From Perkinsela sp. CCAP 1560/9 (lineage: Eukaryota > Protista > Euglenozoa: Kinetoplastea), in the NCBI GenBank assembly GCA_965644495.1, contig CBFFSA010000001.1, positions 186,001 through 250,000 of the forward strand: 64,000 nucleotides of DNA. Reading direction: 5' to 3'. Both the position numbers and the translations under genes were made by a program. Shown here in pieces: positions 21,332 to 32,138 of the stretch. The first letter of the stretch is position 1; each line of letters begins with the position of its first letter. Below the pieces are notes generated by a model, which had not been told where the DNA came from, ran no database searches, and saw nothing but the letters and a program-made list of their open reading frames with translations.

Positions 21332-23960
21332 GACACCGAAGAAAGGGACCACTCACCCTCCCCCGATGCCTTGGCAGAACTGCTGGGGCAAAAATCTTTG
21401 CGTAAACTGCACGCGATACAATGCCTGGCATGGCGGGACTATGTCGCAGGCATCTGCTTTGGCTTCCTCAGCAAGTCGGCTGACGAGAAAGAGGAGATCG
21501 CTTGGAACCTCCTCTTGGCTGTCAAACGTTTTCTGTACCTCTCCGAGGACAAGCTTTCGCAGCGCCAACTGGCACGCGAATTGCGAATGAGGGCCCATTT
21601 GGAAGATTCGGAGACCTTGGCCCCATCTCCAAGTCAGGCCAACGATTCCCCCAGGTCCATAAATAAGAGGGTGGAGGAGCTGTGCAGGGCGTCGTGTTTT
21701 TCGAGGGCCGCGGCCACCCTTGAGGCGCCTCTCAACCCACCATCCAACCCCACGGTGGCCCTCGAACAAGCAAAGCGCCTGCACCCCACCGGGGGACCCT
21801 ATACGGCGGGGAAATACCAGTATGACGCGCAGAGGCACGGCACCCTTCCCTCCCCAGCCGACGTGGCCAGAAAGGCACAAAGCCTGGCCCCCATCCGCGC
21901 CCCAGGTCTCACGACCTGGGACCAAAGAACTCTTGGTCTCAGTCCTTCTGGAGGACGGACCCCGGGATTGTGTCACATGGCTGATCCACGGTATCATGTC
22001 TAACTCCCTCCCCCCCTCTATGAGGGAGCTCCTAACTGGGGCGTCCCTTAAACTCTTCTCCAAGCCGGACGCTCCGGCCGGACACCACTCGTCCTACAGT
22101 CCCATCGCCATGGGGGAGTGCATTCTGAAGGTGGCGGGCCTTCTTGCCTTAGAAAAAATCAGGGACCACCTCCCCACCTACTTCCAAGGTATACAATTCG
22201 GCGCCCAATACACCCAGGGGTGCGAGCACATAATATATAATGTGCGACAGCACTTTAGGGACAGGCCTAAGGAGGTAGTTGTCGCAGCCGACCTCGAAAA
22301 TGCTTTCAATAGCATTTCGAGGTCGGCCATCTTCCGGGCCGTAAGGCGGGACCCGAAGCTTCTCCCCACAGAGGGCATAACCCTATTCAGCTATGGGACC
22401 ACAAGCTCCCTCCATCTAGGGGAAGGGGCGACCATCACGAGCTCAAGGGGGGTAAAACAAGGGGACCCCATGGCCCCCATCCTCTTTGCCATTGGGATTC
22501 AGGGGGCGATCGCCCGAGTGGCTTCACAGGCGCACTCAAGGTCTGGGCATACCTTGATGACGTCACCTTCACGGGTGAACCAAAGGTATGCGCGGAAGCT
22601 CTGGAGGCCCTCAGCGAAGAGTTAAAAAACCTCGGACTACGGCTGAACGCCGCCAAGTGTAAAGTTGCCACAAGGCACGAAAAATTCTTCACAGAGTTCT
22701 CTGGGACTCGGATGATACATTCCCCAGGGGGGTTAAAACTCCTGGGGGCGTACATCGGGGAGTCCGAGGACAAGGAGGAGGATTGGGTTCTTTCCAGGAC
22801 CCCCAAGATGATCGCCTTCCTCGAGAAATTGAAGGAGATCAGCAGGCAATGCGCCTTGCCCCTCCTGAGGCTCTGCGGAAGCCCCAGATGGAACTTCATT
22901 GTGAGGACGCATGGGCCTCCGGTAACCAAAAGGGCCAACGACCAGGTCGATAAGGCCGTCATGGCATGTGCCGAGGCCCTGCTCGGGGGGATGGATTCCC
23001 TGTGGAAAACGCCGCTTACTAATAACCTTTTTACGGCTGATTTCCTGGGGACCATCCCCTTCGAGCACAAGGCCCAGGATATGCAGGTTAAGGCGAAAAA
23101 CGCCCTTCATGGCATAGCACCTGGAATTTCTGCCAAGGATCTACGACGCAACCTTTGTGTGGCAGCCCTGGGGAACGCCCCAACGGCAACCCAACTGATC
23201 TGCATGCGACAGATCCAGAATGTGCACTCCACCAAGTGGATGAGTGTCCTGCCGAACAGGCCGGAGTACTACATGCCGGATCCGCAGTGGAAGACTGCGG
23301 CCCGCCTCCGGTACCTGGTCACCCCGACCTCGGAGCCTGAGCTCCAGTGCGTGTGCGGTGCAACCCTCAGCAATGAGGAGTTTTGCGTACACGCACTGGA
23401 CTGCAAGAAGGTGAAGGGGAAAACTCAGGCCTCCCGCCATAAGGAAAGTAAAGAGACGTTTCGGAACCTCTTGGTCCATTATGGGTTCAACCCGGACCTC
23501 CACGAGCCGAGGTTCGACAACGGACGGGGGCCAGACATCTGTTTCCATCTGGGACGGAAGATCGTCCTGGTTGACGTCACAGTTGTGATCCCACTGGCCC
23601 CGTCGTACGTGGAGAAAGAGGCCGCGGAGCCATCCCACACGCTCAGGATGGCTGAGGCCAACAAAAGGCGCTCTCATGAGGAGATGGCGCTGGTGAGGGG
23701 CATGGAATTCCACCTTCTGGCCTTCTCCACGTACGGGATCCCGGGCCCAGAAACCTTGACCTTCCTCAACAAGGTAGCCCGGGCCCACTCATCGGACAAG
23801 AATGTGTGTCTCGCCCATCTCTTAATGGCCATCGGGGTGGCCATCCAGAGAGGGAATGCCCAGATTGTGCAGTCGGCGGTACAGGACTGGTACCGCCGCG
23901 GGGTTCGGGGGTAGGACCAGGGGGGGGGTAGGCTTCCGGTGGGCCTAGGGGGGTTAACAT
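21332..23960 (+). mobile_element. CRE-clade (CRE/SLACS/CZAR-like) RLE non-LTR retrotransposon, 5'-truncated, two frameshifts
   Basis: RT motifs PIAMGE, QFGAQ..QGCE, DLENAFNSISR, GVKQGDPMAPILF, WAYLDD, LKLLGAYIG; zinc knuckle CVCG...HALDC; RH...PD...DVTV endonuclease; QRGNA end. Frameshifts near 21920 and 22535. Confidence 0.9.
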
Positions 23961-23982
23961 ATCATATTTATTGGGTTATATT

Positions 23983-24889
23983 CAGGGGTCCCTAAAACAT
24001 TAAAACCTTTATTATAGTACTTTTATAGTACTATAAACTTTTAAATACTATATATAAAACTTTATTTTTTTTGTTTCTCAGAAATGCCAAATATGCGACG
24101 GAACGACGAAAGCCAGGCGGAGTTTGTTGTTTCACACTTTGTTAAAATTGGTGACGCATAATTTCGAATGCCAAGTCTGCGAAGCAGGCGCGAAGAAACC
24201 CTTTTTTTGCTATAAGGGGATTCGAGTCTCCTACTCCTCGGCCCTCACGCACTTGAACTAAAAGTCATGACCTAAATTTTGAGGAGTGGATGCGAAGCAC
24301 TCAGCGTCAAAAACGTGTGGAAGGAGGATCTTTGGATGCCTTCACCGTGAAACCACAATTACAGGAATTTGAGCGACACCTCCTATGGAAAATCAATCAT
24401 GGGGTTAGCAATGCTGCTTTGCAGGACCCAAACCTTAAGTGGCTTCTTACGAAGGGACTGCGCTGTGTCCCTGGGGAAAGTACGATCAACAACTTACTAA
24501 GCTTTTGACACCCTGAACATGGGGAGCAAGGTCGGGACCTTCTCGTGGTCTTCCCTGACACTGCCATCTCACTGATGGTACAGACGCCGACCAACTAGTT
24601 CTCGGCAAGCTTTTGACACCCTCAACATGGAGTCTCCCTGAGACTGCCATCTCAGAAAAGGGTTTTCAACCCCGGAACTGCGAGCCGAACGCCAGGCCCC
24701 CGAGATGAGCACCCCTTACAACATCCAATACAATTTTGGGCTTCTTGAACCCCTTTTAGCCCCCCTTAAAAATAAAGTTTCTCAAACACTTTAAAGTATT
24801 ATATTTATAGTACTATAAATGTCATTTATAGTACTATAATTTTTTTTGAAATACTATAAACTATATATATAAAGTCTTAAGGACCCCTG
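23983..24889 (+). mobile_element. hAT-type DNA transposon deletion derivative
   Basis: TIRs CAGGGGTCCCTAAAAC / GTCTTAAGGACCCCTG; perfect 8-bp TSD GTTATATT; subterminal TATAGTAC repeats; decayed BED-finger transposase N-terminus from 24084 (ECQVC...SSALTHL; WKINHGVSNAALQD). Confidence 0.92.
24521..24592 (+). ncRNA. HDV-like self-cleaving ribozyme (copy 2)
   Basis: P1 GGGGAG/CTTCCC, P2 GGTCGG/CCGACC, P3 ACC/GGT, L3 TTCTCGT with P1.1 TC/GA, P4 TGCCATC/GATGGTA, J4/2 CAGA (CNRA). A deleted third copy follows at about 24608-24700. Confidence 0.75.
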
Positions 24890-25173
24890 GTTATATTTAT
24901 CATTTTCTTTCTTTGAATACACGTGCCTTACTGCAATTGCGCAGTAAACTGATACATTTTTTCTTTTTGCTCTTCTGTCGAAGTGCCTCTCTCTTGCGCG
25001 TCATTTTGGATTAATTTTTTGCGTCTTTGTCAATTTTTCATAGGTTTCTGCGTTCTTTTTCCCATTTTTAGAACATTTCCCGATTTTTGCAATACCTTTT
25101 GCTTTTAAGATATCTTTAACTTCTTCTCGATACTCGCCCTGTCGTCCGCATCATGCTGCGTAAATCCACTTAG

Positions 25174-26040
25174 TTAGAAGTTGGAAAAGTCGTTCTCGTG
25201 CCTGTGGGGGATTAAACCGAACTCCCAACTCAACATCCCATACTCAACATCAGGCTCGTCGTCCCACCGGGCCTTCAACTCACTCCGCACTGGGTCTTCC
25301 GGATTGAGAAAATAAACTCGTCCCGTGACGGTGTGGCGCGCGTTGTAGTCCTTGTGTCCCCAAATAGCCCGAATCCATACGCGGTGGCCGCGGGTAAGTA
25401 AGAAGTAGACTTTCTGTGAAAAATCGGACTTCGCAGAATCGCTTAGCGGGGTCGCTATATCCTCACCTTGCAGAATACCCTCAACCTGGTAAGGGTTGAT
25501 GATCAATAATGTGCTGTGCACCGCGTCCATTAGTGAAGCTTGTACGTTCAAAATAGTTGTTAAGTCATTTTCGTGCTTGCCGAAAAAGGTTTTGGAGTTA
25601 GGTCCATATCCCACCAGTTTTTTAATCACCATTGGTGATACATACAAAATCTCATCAATGATGTGATTGACCAAAATTGGGATAAAATGGAGGTATTTGA
25701 TGCGCGAATTTCTTTTAATGGTGTGTGAGCGTTAAAATCTCCTATTCCAAGCAAGAAATTAGGAATGTTAGATAAAATTGAGAAAAGATCGGAATCGAAT
25801 ATTTCCTTATCTTCTACAGACAACTTTGCATGCGGTCGGGGTACGTTCACCAGACGTAGAGGAGATGCAGGTTTCCCAATACGAATCTCAAGCACAACGC
25901 TTCGGGACGTAGAAATTCCTAAAACTATGGAACACTTCGTTGCCCACGTAGCGGACAATATGAAGCCTAGAGTGTTCCTACGGGACGCTGGTAGTGAGTT
26001 TAAGAATCGCCGGGAATTATATGGAATACAGTGAAAGTCA
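25174..26040 (-). pseudogene. Degenerate APE-type LINE remnant (endonuclease plus a possible RNase H-like segment)
   Basis: GFILS...LRLVNVP.P...LLGIGDFNAH matches the EEP/APE motif. The next frame has LLTRGHRVWIRAIWGH, weakly like an RNase H C-terminus. No RT motifs are present. Confidence 0.55.
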
Positions 26041-26686
26041 CAATTCTGAGAATGGTCAGTTGCACATTGCCGCGCAAAAAAGCACTTTTTTGCAAATTCT
26101 CGTCACAATTCTCAGAATTGACCTGTTGCACGTTGGCAGCACTTTTTTAGTAGAAATTGAATGGATTCTCATTTTTTCTGATTTTCTTTTTTCGAAAAAA
26201 ATGGTAGCCATAAAAAGGGGAGGTAAATGGAAAAATATACACCCAGGGTGAAGTGGACGAGGGAGATACCAGTAGTGTAGTTGCGGCAGTTTCCCACAGG
26301 AGAAACGGCATCTCCACCCTTTTAGGCGCCTGTCTTCATGCCATAAGGGAGATACGACCCCCGAGAAAATGCTCTTTATCTTAAATTTTGTGAGCTGACG
26401 CGAAATAGAAATAGAAATACTTAAAACCACGATTTAACCGATATCATTCGATTTATCTTCCACAAACACTGTAAACCTTCCAAAAGGCATGTGAATCGTG
26501 TACTCATATCCATCTAGAATAAGTTATGCATCCGGTATGTCATTTTTTTATGATTTGTATTCTACATACTATGTTGAACAAAAGAAGAATTTTTAGGACG
26601 TAATGTCATTTTTTTCAATTTGATAGTGTTGACACAAATTAAGCCCAAAAACAGCTTCCTGAATTATTGATTGAGGTTTATAAATA

Positions 26687-27047
26687 CAGGGGTTTCAATT
26701 GAACTTCCCCCCCCCGCATGAATTTTGAGTTTTTTGTTCGTTTTTGCTCATTTTTGTTGCAAACGAGAGATTTCCCCTAGTGAAGCGCTTTGGCACCTTT
26801 TTTTCACAGGAACCCCCTAGTGCTCATATGATGACCCGAAAAACAGCCAAAACAAGATTTTTGATAAATACGAACCTTGGAAGGAAGTCTAAAACCATGT
26901 GTTTTGAACCCAGGGGGTACCCGGGGGTCCCTACAAAAAAAAGGGCAGCAAAGCGCTTCACCAGAGAAACGAGATGCTGCGAAAATGAGGAAAAACAGAT
27001 AAAAAAACTTAAAATTCCGCGGGGGGGAAGATATCTTGAAACCACTG
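26687..27047. mobile_element. Tc1/mariner-type MITE
   Basis: TA|CAGGGGTTTCAA...TTGAAACCACTG|TA with imperfect TIRs of about 100 bp extending to GTGAAGCGCTTTG. Confidence 0.85.
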
Positions 27048-27823
27048 TATGAACCTAAAAGTGCTAGAAAATAGATTTATTATTTTTTGTGTTTGACGAA
27101 AAAACATTTATTACGTACCTCTTCTTAAAATTCGAAAGCTTATAATAGCACAATGAAATTCCAAACAAAACTACGAAGCATAGAGAGAGCTATACAATGG
27201 TAAGGAGTAAAGCAGAAATAAGAAAAAGTGAATAGACTTATAGGTCAAACAATAAACCAATATGAGCCCATCATTAAGAGTCCGAAATAGTCGTAGACAT
27301 TATTTCATTTCAGTATCATACCGGGCGAGCCGGTAGAGAATTTAATTCGGTTTGCACGCATACAACGTGTCTACCGAAAGTCTAATCAGTCTTGGCCTGG
27401 TTCATCGGACCACGCCATTCATCATTTAGCGATTTTGGACATGGCGTTTGCGCGAGGTCGGAATAGGTGTCCCCTTTTCGATGCAATCAAAATATTTTAG
27501 AAAGACTTTGTAAAATTTTAAATAATGCACTAATTTAAGTACCCCCCACTTACAGTGCCTTTTCGCGAATGCAGGCCCTATCGGTCGGACTATAAGACTT
27601 TCAGGGGGGGCGCGATACTGTTGGGGTCTAAAATTCGTAAAGTTTGTCCAATTTTGGGAAGCAATTGTACATTCGAGAGCTCTCGGAAGGTCTGATGTTT
27701 TGTTTATGATTTTTTGACGACACAATATGAAAAATGAATACACACTAAAACTACACAAACACACTTTTCCTTATACGATAAACTCCAACATAGACGTTGA
27801 TATGTGACTCAATCTCTCACGTA

Positions 27824-29155
27824 ATGCAAAAGCGATCACTCAACGTAGGCATCGTGGGACTTTCGACTCTCGGCAGTCTGATTGCGAAAAACCTTGCCTT
27901 CAAATCTCGCTCCGCACTCTACCTCCAGCTCTACAATCCCATTAACACCGCCAAGATGCGTCGTGTCTGTGACGAGCTCTGGGAGGACGGCGCTCAATGC
28001 GCCATGCGTCTTCACACCGAGAAATCCACCCTTATGAAATGGAGTGAGGTCATCATTATCGCCACCCCAGAACCCCTCACCCATGAGTTATTCGGACTCG
28101 ATGAATCCCCTCTCATGAACGCCCCCGCCTCCTCCTCCCCCCAACCCACCGCCTACCCCGGTTCCTCCACCCCCTCCGACCGCAACGCAACCCTGCTGCA
28201 GCACCTCCGTCCCGGGCACCTCCTCCTCGACCACTCCGCGTTCGCCCACGGCCCCACAGTCCGTCTCGGGGAGGCCGTGCGCGCCCGCGGCGGTCTCTAC
28301 CTCGACGCCCCGTTCAGCGGTAACGCCGCGCAGGTGAAGTCCGGCGCCCTCACGCTCATGGTCGGGGGGGACGTCGCCGCGTTCGAGCGCCTCCTGCCGC
28401 TGCTCCGCCTCTACGGGGACTCGATTACGCACATGGGGGAGGTCGGGGCGGGGGCCGCGACGAAGCAGCTGGTGCAGCAGCTCACCGCGGTGCACACCGT
28501 CGCGGCCGCGGAGGCGATAGCGGTGGCGCACCGCCGGGGGGTCGCGGACCACGGAAAGCTCACCTCCGTGTTGGATGCCTCCTGGGGGAGTAGTGTGATG
28601 CTGCGGAGGAGTGCGCCGATGTTGGAGAAATTGTTAAGGAATCCGGAGGAGCCCCCGCCACAGGTGCCGTTTAATGTGGCCACGCTGCAGCGGGATCTGG
28701 GGCAGGTGCTGGGGGAGGGGGAGGAGGTCGGCGACACGCCTCGGGTTCCATTGACACAGTTGTGTCATGAGATTTTGTCGAAAACGGTACAGGGAGGGAT
28801 GGGGGAATCCGACCCCGCAGCGGTGGTGCACTTTCTTGATGCTATGCATGCGGAAAGACAAGCAGAGAAAAGCCAAACCTCCGGTGTCGCTCCTCGTCGA
28901 ACTCTGCGCAGGCGGAAATTACGTAGGAGAAAGGGGGTCGAAGCTCCATTCCAGTCTCCAGTTGACTCCCACGAAAATCAAAGCATCCCGACTCACGCGG
29001 AAGGTGAAGAAAGTGGTGCAGCTGTAACACCAACGAAACCTCTTGCTTCGAAACTTAAGAAAGCAACAAGTAAAGGTAGAAAAACATCTGCAAAACGCGA
29101 TCTTATTACGTTACAAGACCAGCCTTATGAAACCAAACCTACGGAATCGTATTGA
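27824..29155 (+). CDS. Beta-hydroxyacid dehydrogenase (3-hydroxyisobutyrate / 6-phosphogluconate dehydrogenase NAD-binding family)
   Basis: VGIVGLSTLGSLIAKNL, YLDAPFSG, GALTLMVGG, GAGAATK (catalytic lysine). Confidence 0.88.
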   Translation: MQKRSLNVGIVGLSTLGSLIAKNLAFKSRSALYLQLYNPINTAKMRRVCDELWEDGAQCAMRLHTEKSTLMKWSEVIIIATPEPLTHELFGLDESPLMNAPASSSPQPTAYPGSSTPSDRNATLLQHLRPGHLLLDHSAFAHGPTVRLGEAVRARGGLYLDAPFSGNAAQVKSGALTLMVGGDVAAFERLLPLLRLYGDSITHMGEVGAGAATKQLVQQLTAVHTVAAAEAIAVAHRRGVADHGKLTSVLDASWGSSVMLRRSAPMLEKLLRNPEEPPPQVPFNVATLQRDLGQVLGEGEEVGDTPRVPLTQLCHEILSKTVQGGMGESDPAAVVHFLDAMHAERQAEKSQTSGVAPRRTLRRRKLRRRKGVEAPFQSPVDSHENQSIPTHAEGEESGAAVTPTKPLASKLKKATSKGRKTSAKRDLITLQDQPYETKPTESY

Positions 29156-29462
29156 GACAACGAAAATGTAACTCTACCGGAAAAGGGCTAACGTACGCTG
29201 TTCGTTTACGACCACGAATTATTTCGATGCTTCGGGGAATTGTTTGCACAAAGCGTTTCGCAAAGGATTATGAAATGTACTTCCTTGTATAGCGATCCTT
29301 TGAAAAATATATCTTACAATCATTTGTAGGAAACGGTTTCCGTGTTGAACATTGATAAATACCCATAGTTCGATGAATACGCAAGAAAAAGCAAACAGTT
29401 TTGTCGAAAGGTGTAGAATCGCTTTCTTAGAAACGGGGATACTTTTTTATTGTTTTAGACTG

Positions 29463-30044
29463 ATGACTGATCTTAACATTGGTGACGATGTTGAGGAACT
29501 TTTAAAGAAAAGTGTTTTAGCAGATCCTTCTTTTTATACCAAGAAAGTGGTGCCGAACGTGATGGATGAAGCGAATGTAAAGAAAATGCGCAGGGAAAGG
29601 CGGAAAAATACATTGTCTCAGTGGTATGGGATGCGCAAGATTAATCCAGAGAGAGATACGGCGCTAATTCGGGACCTGGAGCTCTTGCGCTATCGACCCT
29701 TTATTACAGAAGACCGAATTTATCGCCGGCCTACGAAAGATAACTTACCGGAATACGCAGAAATAGGAACTGTAATTGATGATCATGTAAATACCACCGA
29801 GCGTAGCGGAAAGCGAAAGAAAAGCCTCTTCGACCAATGGATGAACAGTGAAAAATTGTACGAATATGCGGAGGAGACGGATGAGCCCGTAATTCTCGAA
29901 GGTTCATCTGCGCTATCAAGGCCAAAAATGCCTGGTGACATCAAGAGAACGATACTATCAACTCATTTGCGCTGGAAGAAGAAAGAAAAATCTCGTACTG
30001 CTATGCAACACAAGTCAAAGAGAAAGAAGATTGCATCATCCTAA
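29463..30044 (+). CDS. FCF2: Fcf2 pre-rRNA processing protein
   Basis: QWYGM...DLELLRYR...LPEYAEIGTVID...KRKKSLFDQW. The ORF is open from 29352. Confidence 0.85.
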   Translation: MTDLNIGDDVEELLKKSVLADPSFYTKKVVPNVMDEANVKKMRRERRKNTLSQWYGMRKINPERDTALIRDLELLRYRPFITEDRIYRRPTKDNLPEYAEIGTVIDDHVNTTERSGKRKKSLFDQWMNSEKLYEYAEETDEPVILEGSSALSRPKMPGDIKRTILSTHLRWKKKEKSRTAMQHKSKRKKIASS

Positions 30045-30323
30045 TGTCATGTCAGTACCAACGTGACGTTATTCTAATGGGTTTTGTCTAATACTTGAGC
30101 TATTCGTAGTATATTTTTTGGTTTGATTTTTGGGATATCTTTTTCACAAACTATTCAATCAGTCCTCTTAATTTATATCTTAATAGCTTTGTGAAAGGGG
30201 GATTAGAATACTTCATGGGAGTCCAGAGTCCTCCAATTATTTTTCAAAAAAAAATATTATAGTGAAATTCAAATGCAAACCTGCCCAATCTTATTCTGAT
30301 TTCGTAGCAAAAATAAGGAAAGA

Positions 30324-31268
30324 ATGTTCGATCATGACACTAAGGATCTGGTAGAATCCGACATCAACCAGGAAACGGAATTAGTTACTCTTCTTAATAA
30401 ATATGGGTTCTCGCCGTCAGGGAAAGTACCCAAGTACTCATACAATTGTGGGGTCGATTTAGTACTGAATTTAACATCCTCCGGAAAACTGCCGATACAT
30501 TTTTCATACTCGTGCACATGCAAATTGAAGGATTTTGGATCCCCACCATCCTATATTGCTAAATGTCACGTAGGCACTCGAACTTTTGTAGGCATTCCCC
30601 ACAACAAAAAAGCATTTTCTATGTTAAGCGCGACAAAGACTGCCATACATAAAATAAATCGGATATTCAAATACTGGGCGAAAATAGAACACGTACAATA
30701 CCTGACCACAGCAACTGTAGAAATTTATTCACTACCTACACCGACTCCTGATCGAATTCTTGATCGGAGACCGTATCGAAAACTTGCCTATTTCGTCGAG
30801 AACCTTCTTCTGCAGGCTGACATATTTTATGAGGTCACCACTCACAATGACTCTTGCAATGAAATTCAGCAAAAGCAATACACTGCGCTTTGCTACGTTG
30901 TTAATCGTTGCTTTATTGGACGTTCTACTCCCTGCAGTGCCTCGGCGGAGCTCAGCGCAGCACGCAGGGCTCTTCTTTGCCTAACCAACGACAGCAATTT
31001 TGTAGGGAATCTTTCCTCTCATCGTCGGCTTGTGCATTATCTTAAACGTTCTTGCAGTACTGAGCAATTGGTTGTTAAATACAATTTTTGTACACCGGGA
31101 ATACATTTTCTACGCGAATCGAAGTCCCACATGAGCTACAAAGCAATATGCACCATACATGAGTCCGATTTCGAAGGGGAGATCTCTTTCACCCCAAGTC
31201 GAGCACTTGTTACAGCGGGCATGGCAGCTTTGCGACGCATTCGTGGTAAGTGTTTTGGGTTGGGATAG
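30324..31268 (+). CDS. Protein with three dsRNA-binding-like domains
   Basis: Three repeats of the pattern Y.A.C.V....F.G......A..SA...A(L/I): YIAKCHVGTRTFVG, YTALCYVVNRCFIG, YKAICTIHESDFEG. Confidence 0.7.
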   Translation: MFDHDTKDLVESDINQETELVTLLNKYGFSPSGKVPKYSYNCGVDLVLNLTSSGKLPIHFSYSCTCKLKDFGSPPSYIAKCHVGTRTFVGIPHNKKAFSMLSATKTAIHKINRIFKYWAKIEHVQYLTTATVEIYSLPTPTPDRILDRRPYRKLAYFVENLLLQADIFYEVTTHNDSCNEIQQKQYTALCYVVNRCFIGRSTPCSASAELSAARRALLCLTNDSNFVGNLSSHRRLVHYLKRSCSTEQLVVKYNFCTPGIHFLRESKSHMSYKAICTIHESDFEGEISFTPSRALVTAGMAALRRIRGKCFGLG

Positions 31269-31607
31269 AAAATAGAATCCGTTTTCTTTTTCATACTTTT
31301 TTATGCATTGAGCTATCTTTTTTTTGGACTTTCCTTGTCTCTTCTGGATGTTTTGTCGTTTTGTTTTCCTTTTTATACTTTTTTACCTCTTACTTTTTTG
31401 CCTTCTGGATTATAGGTTCTAATACTTTATTTTGTGCTTTCTTGCTTCTATGATTTTTCTAATGCCTTTTTGTTATTTTGATAGGAGTTCTTATGACTTG
31501 GTTGCTCCACTAATAATTCATTTCTTGTTTTTCTAGTGGAATACTTTTAAAGAAATTATGTTAGAGAAACTAAAGAAGCCTTTGTTCGCTGGTTGCTTAC
31601 CCATATA

Positions 31608-31923
31608 CCGTATACCCCCCCCAGTAATAGACCCCCCCCCGAGTAACAGAGATTTGGCCATTTTTGAGCTGACCCCCAGTAACAGAGATTTGGTTCGGGA
31701 GGGTGGTTGGAGGGCGGAGGGGGTGTTTGAGCGGGTGGGGGTCGCTCGGCTGGGTGAGGGTGGTTGCGCAGGAGCGAATGGCGCAGTTGCGGGGTTGTCT
31801 GGACATAAAATCAACGCACCCATGAACAAAAAAGGCCTTTTCCCACCAAAAAAGCATACCCCCCAGTAACAGAGATTTGGCCATTTTGGCCCAAAATCGA
31901 TTCTATAACTGGGGAGTATACGG
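31608..31923. mobile_element. pogo/Tc2-like MITE
   Basis: TA|CCGTATACCCCCC..CAGTAATAGA ... TCTATAACTGGGGAGTATACGG|TA; three internal AGTAACAGAGATTTGG repeats. Confidence 0.85.
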
Positions 31924-32138
31924 TATCAAGGTATTTTTTAATTTTCCTCTTGCAGTAGATATTTTGCAGAAAATTTAATTATGTAGTAATTCTGCTGTAG
32001 TAGTACGCTACGTTCTATTTTCTACTGTAGTGAGCTCCATATTTGCCTCCACCGATTGGTCCATTTTCAACAACGAATCCACATCCTTTACAAGAAACCC
32101 CCTAACGCAGTCCTTTTTTACCTTCACTTCTATCACCT

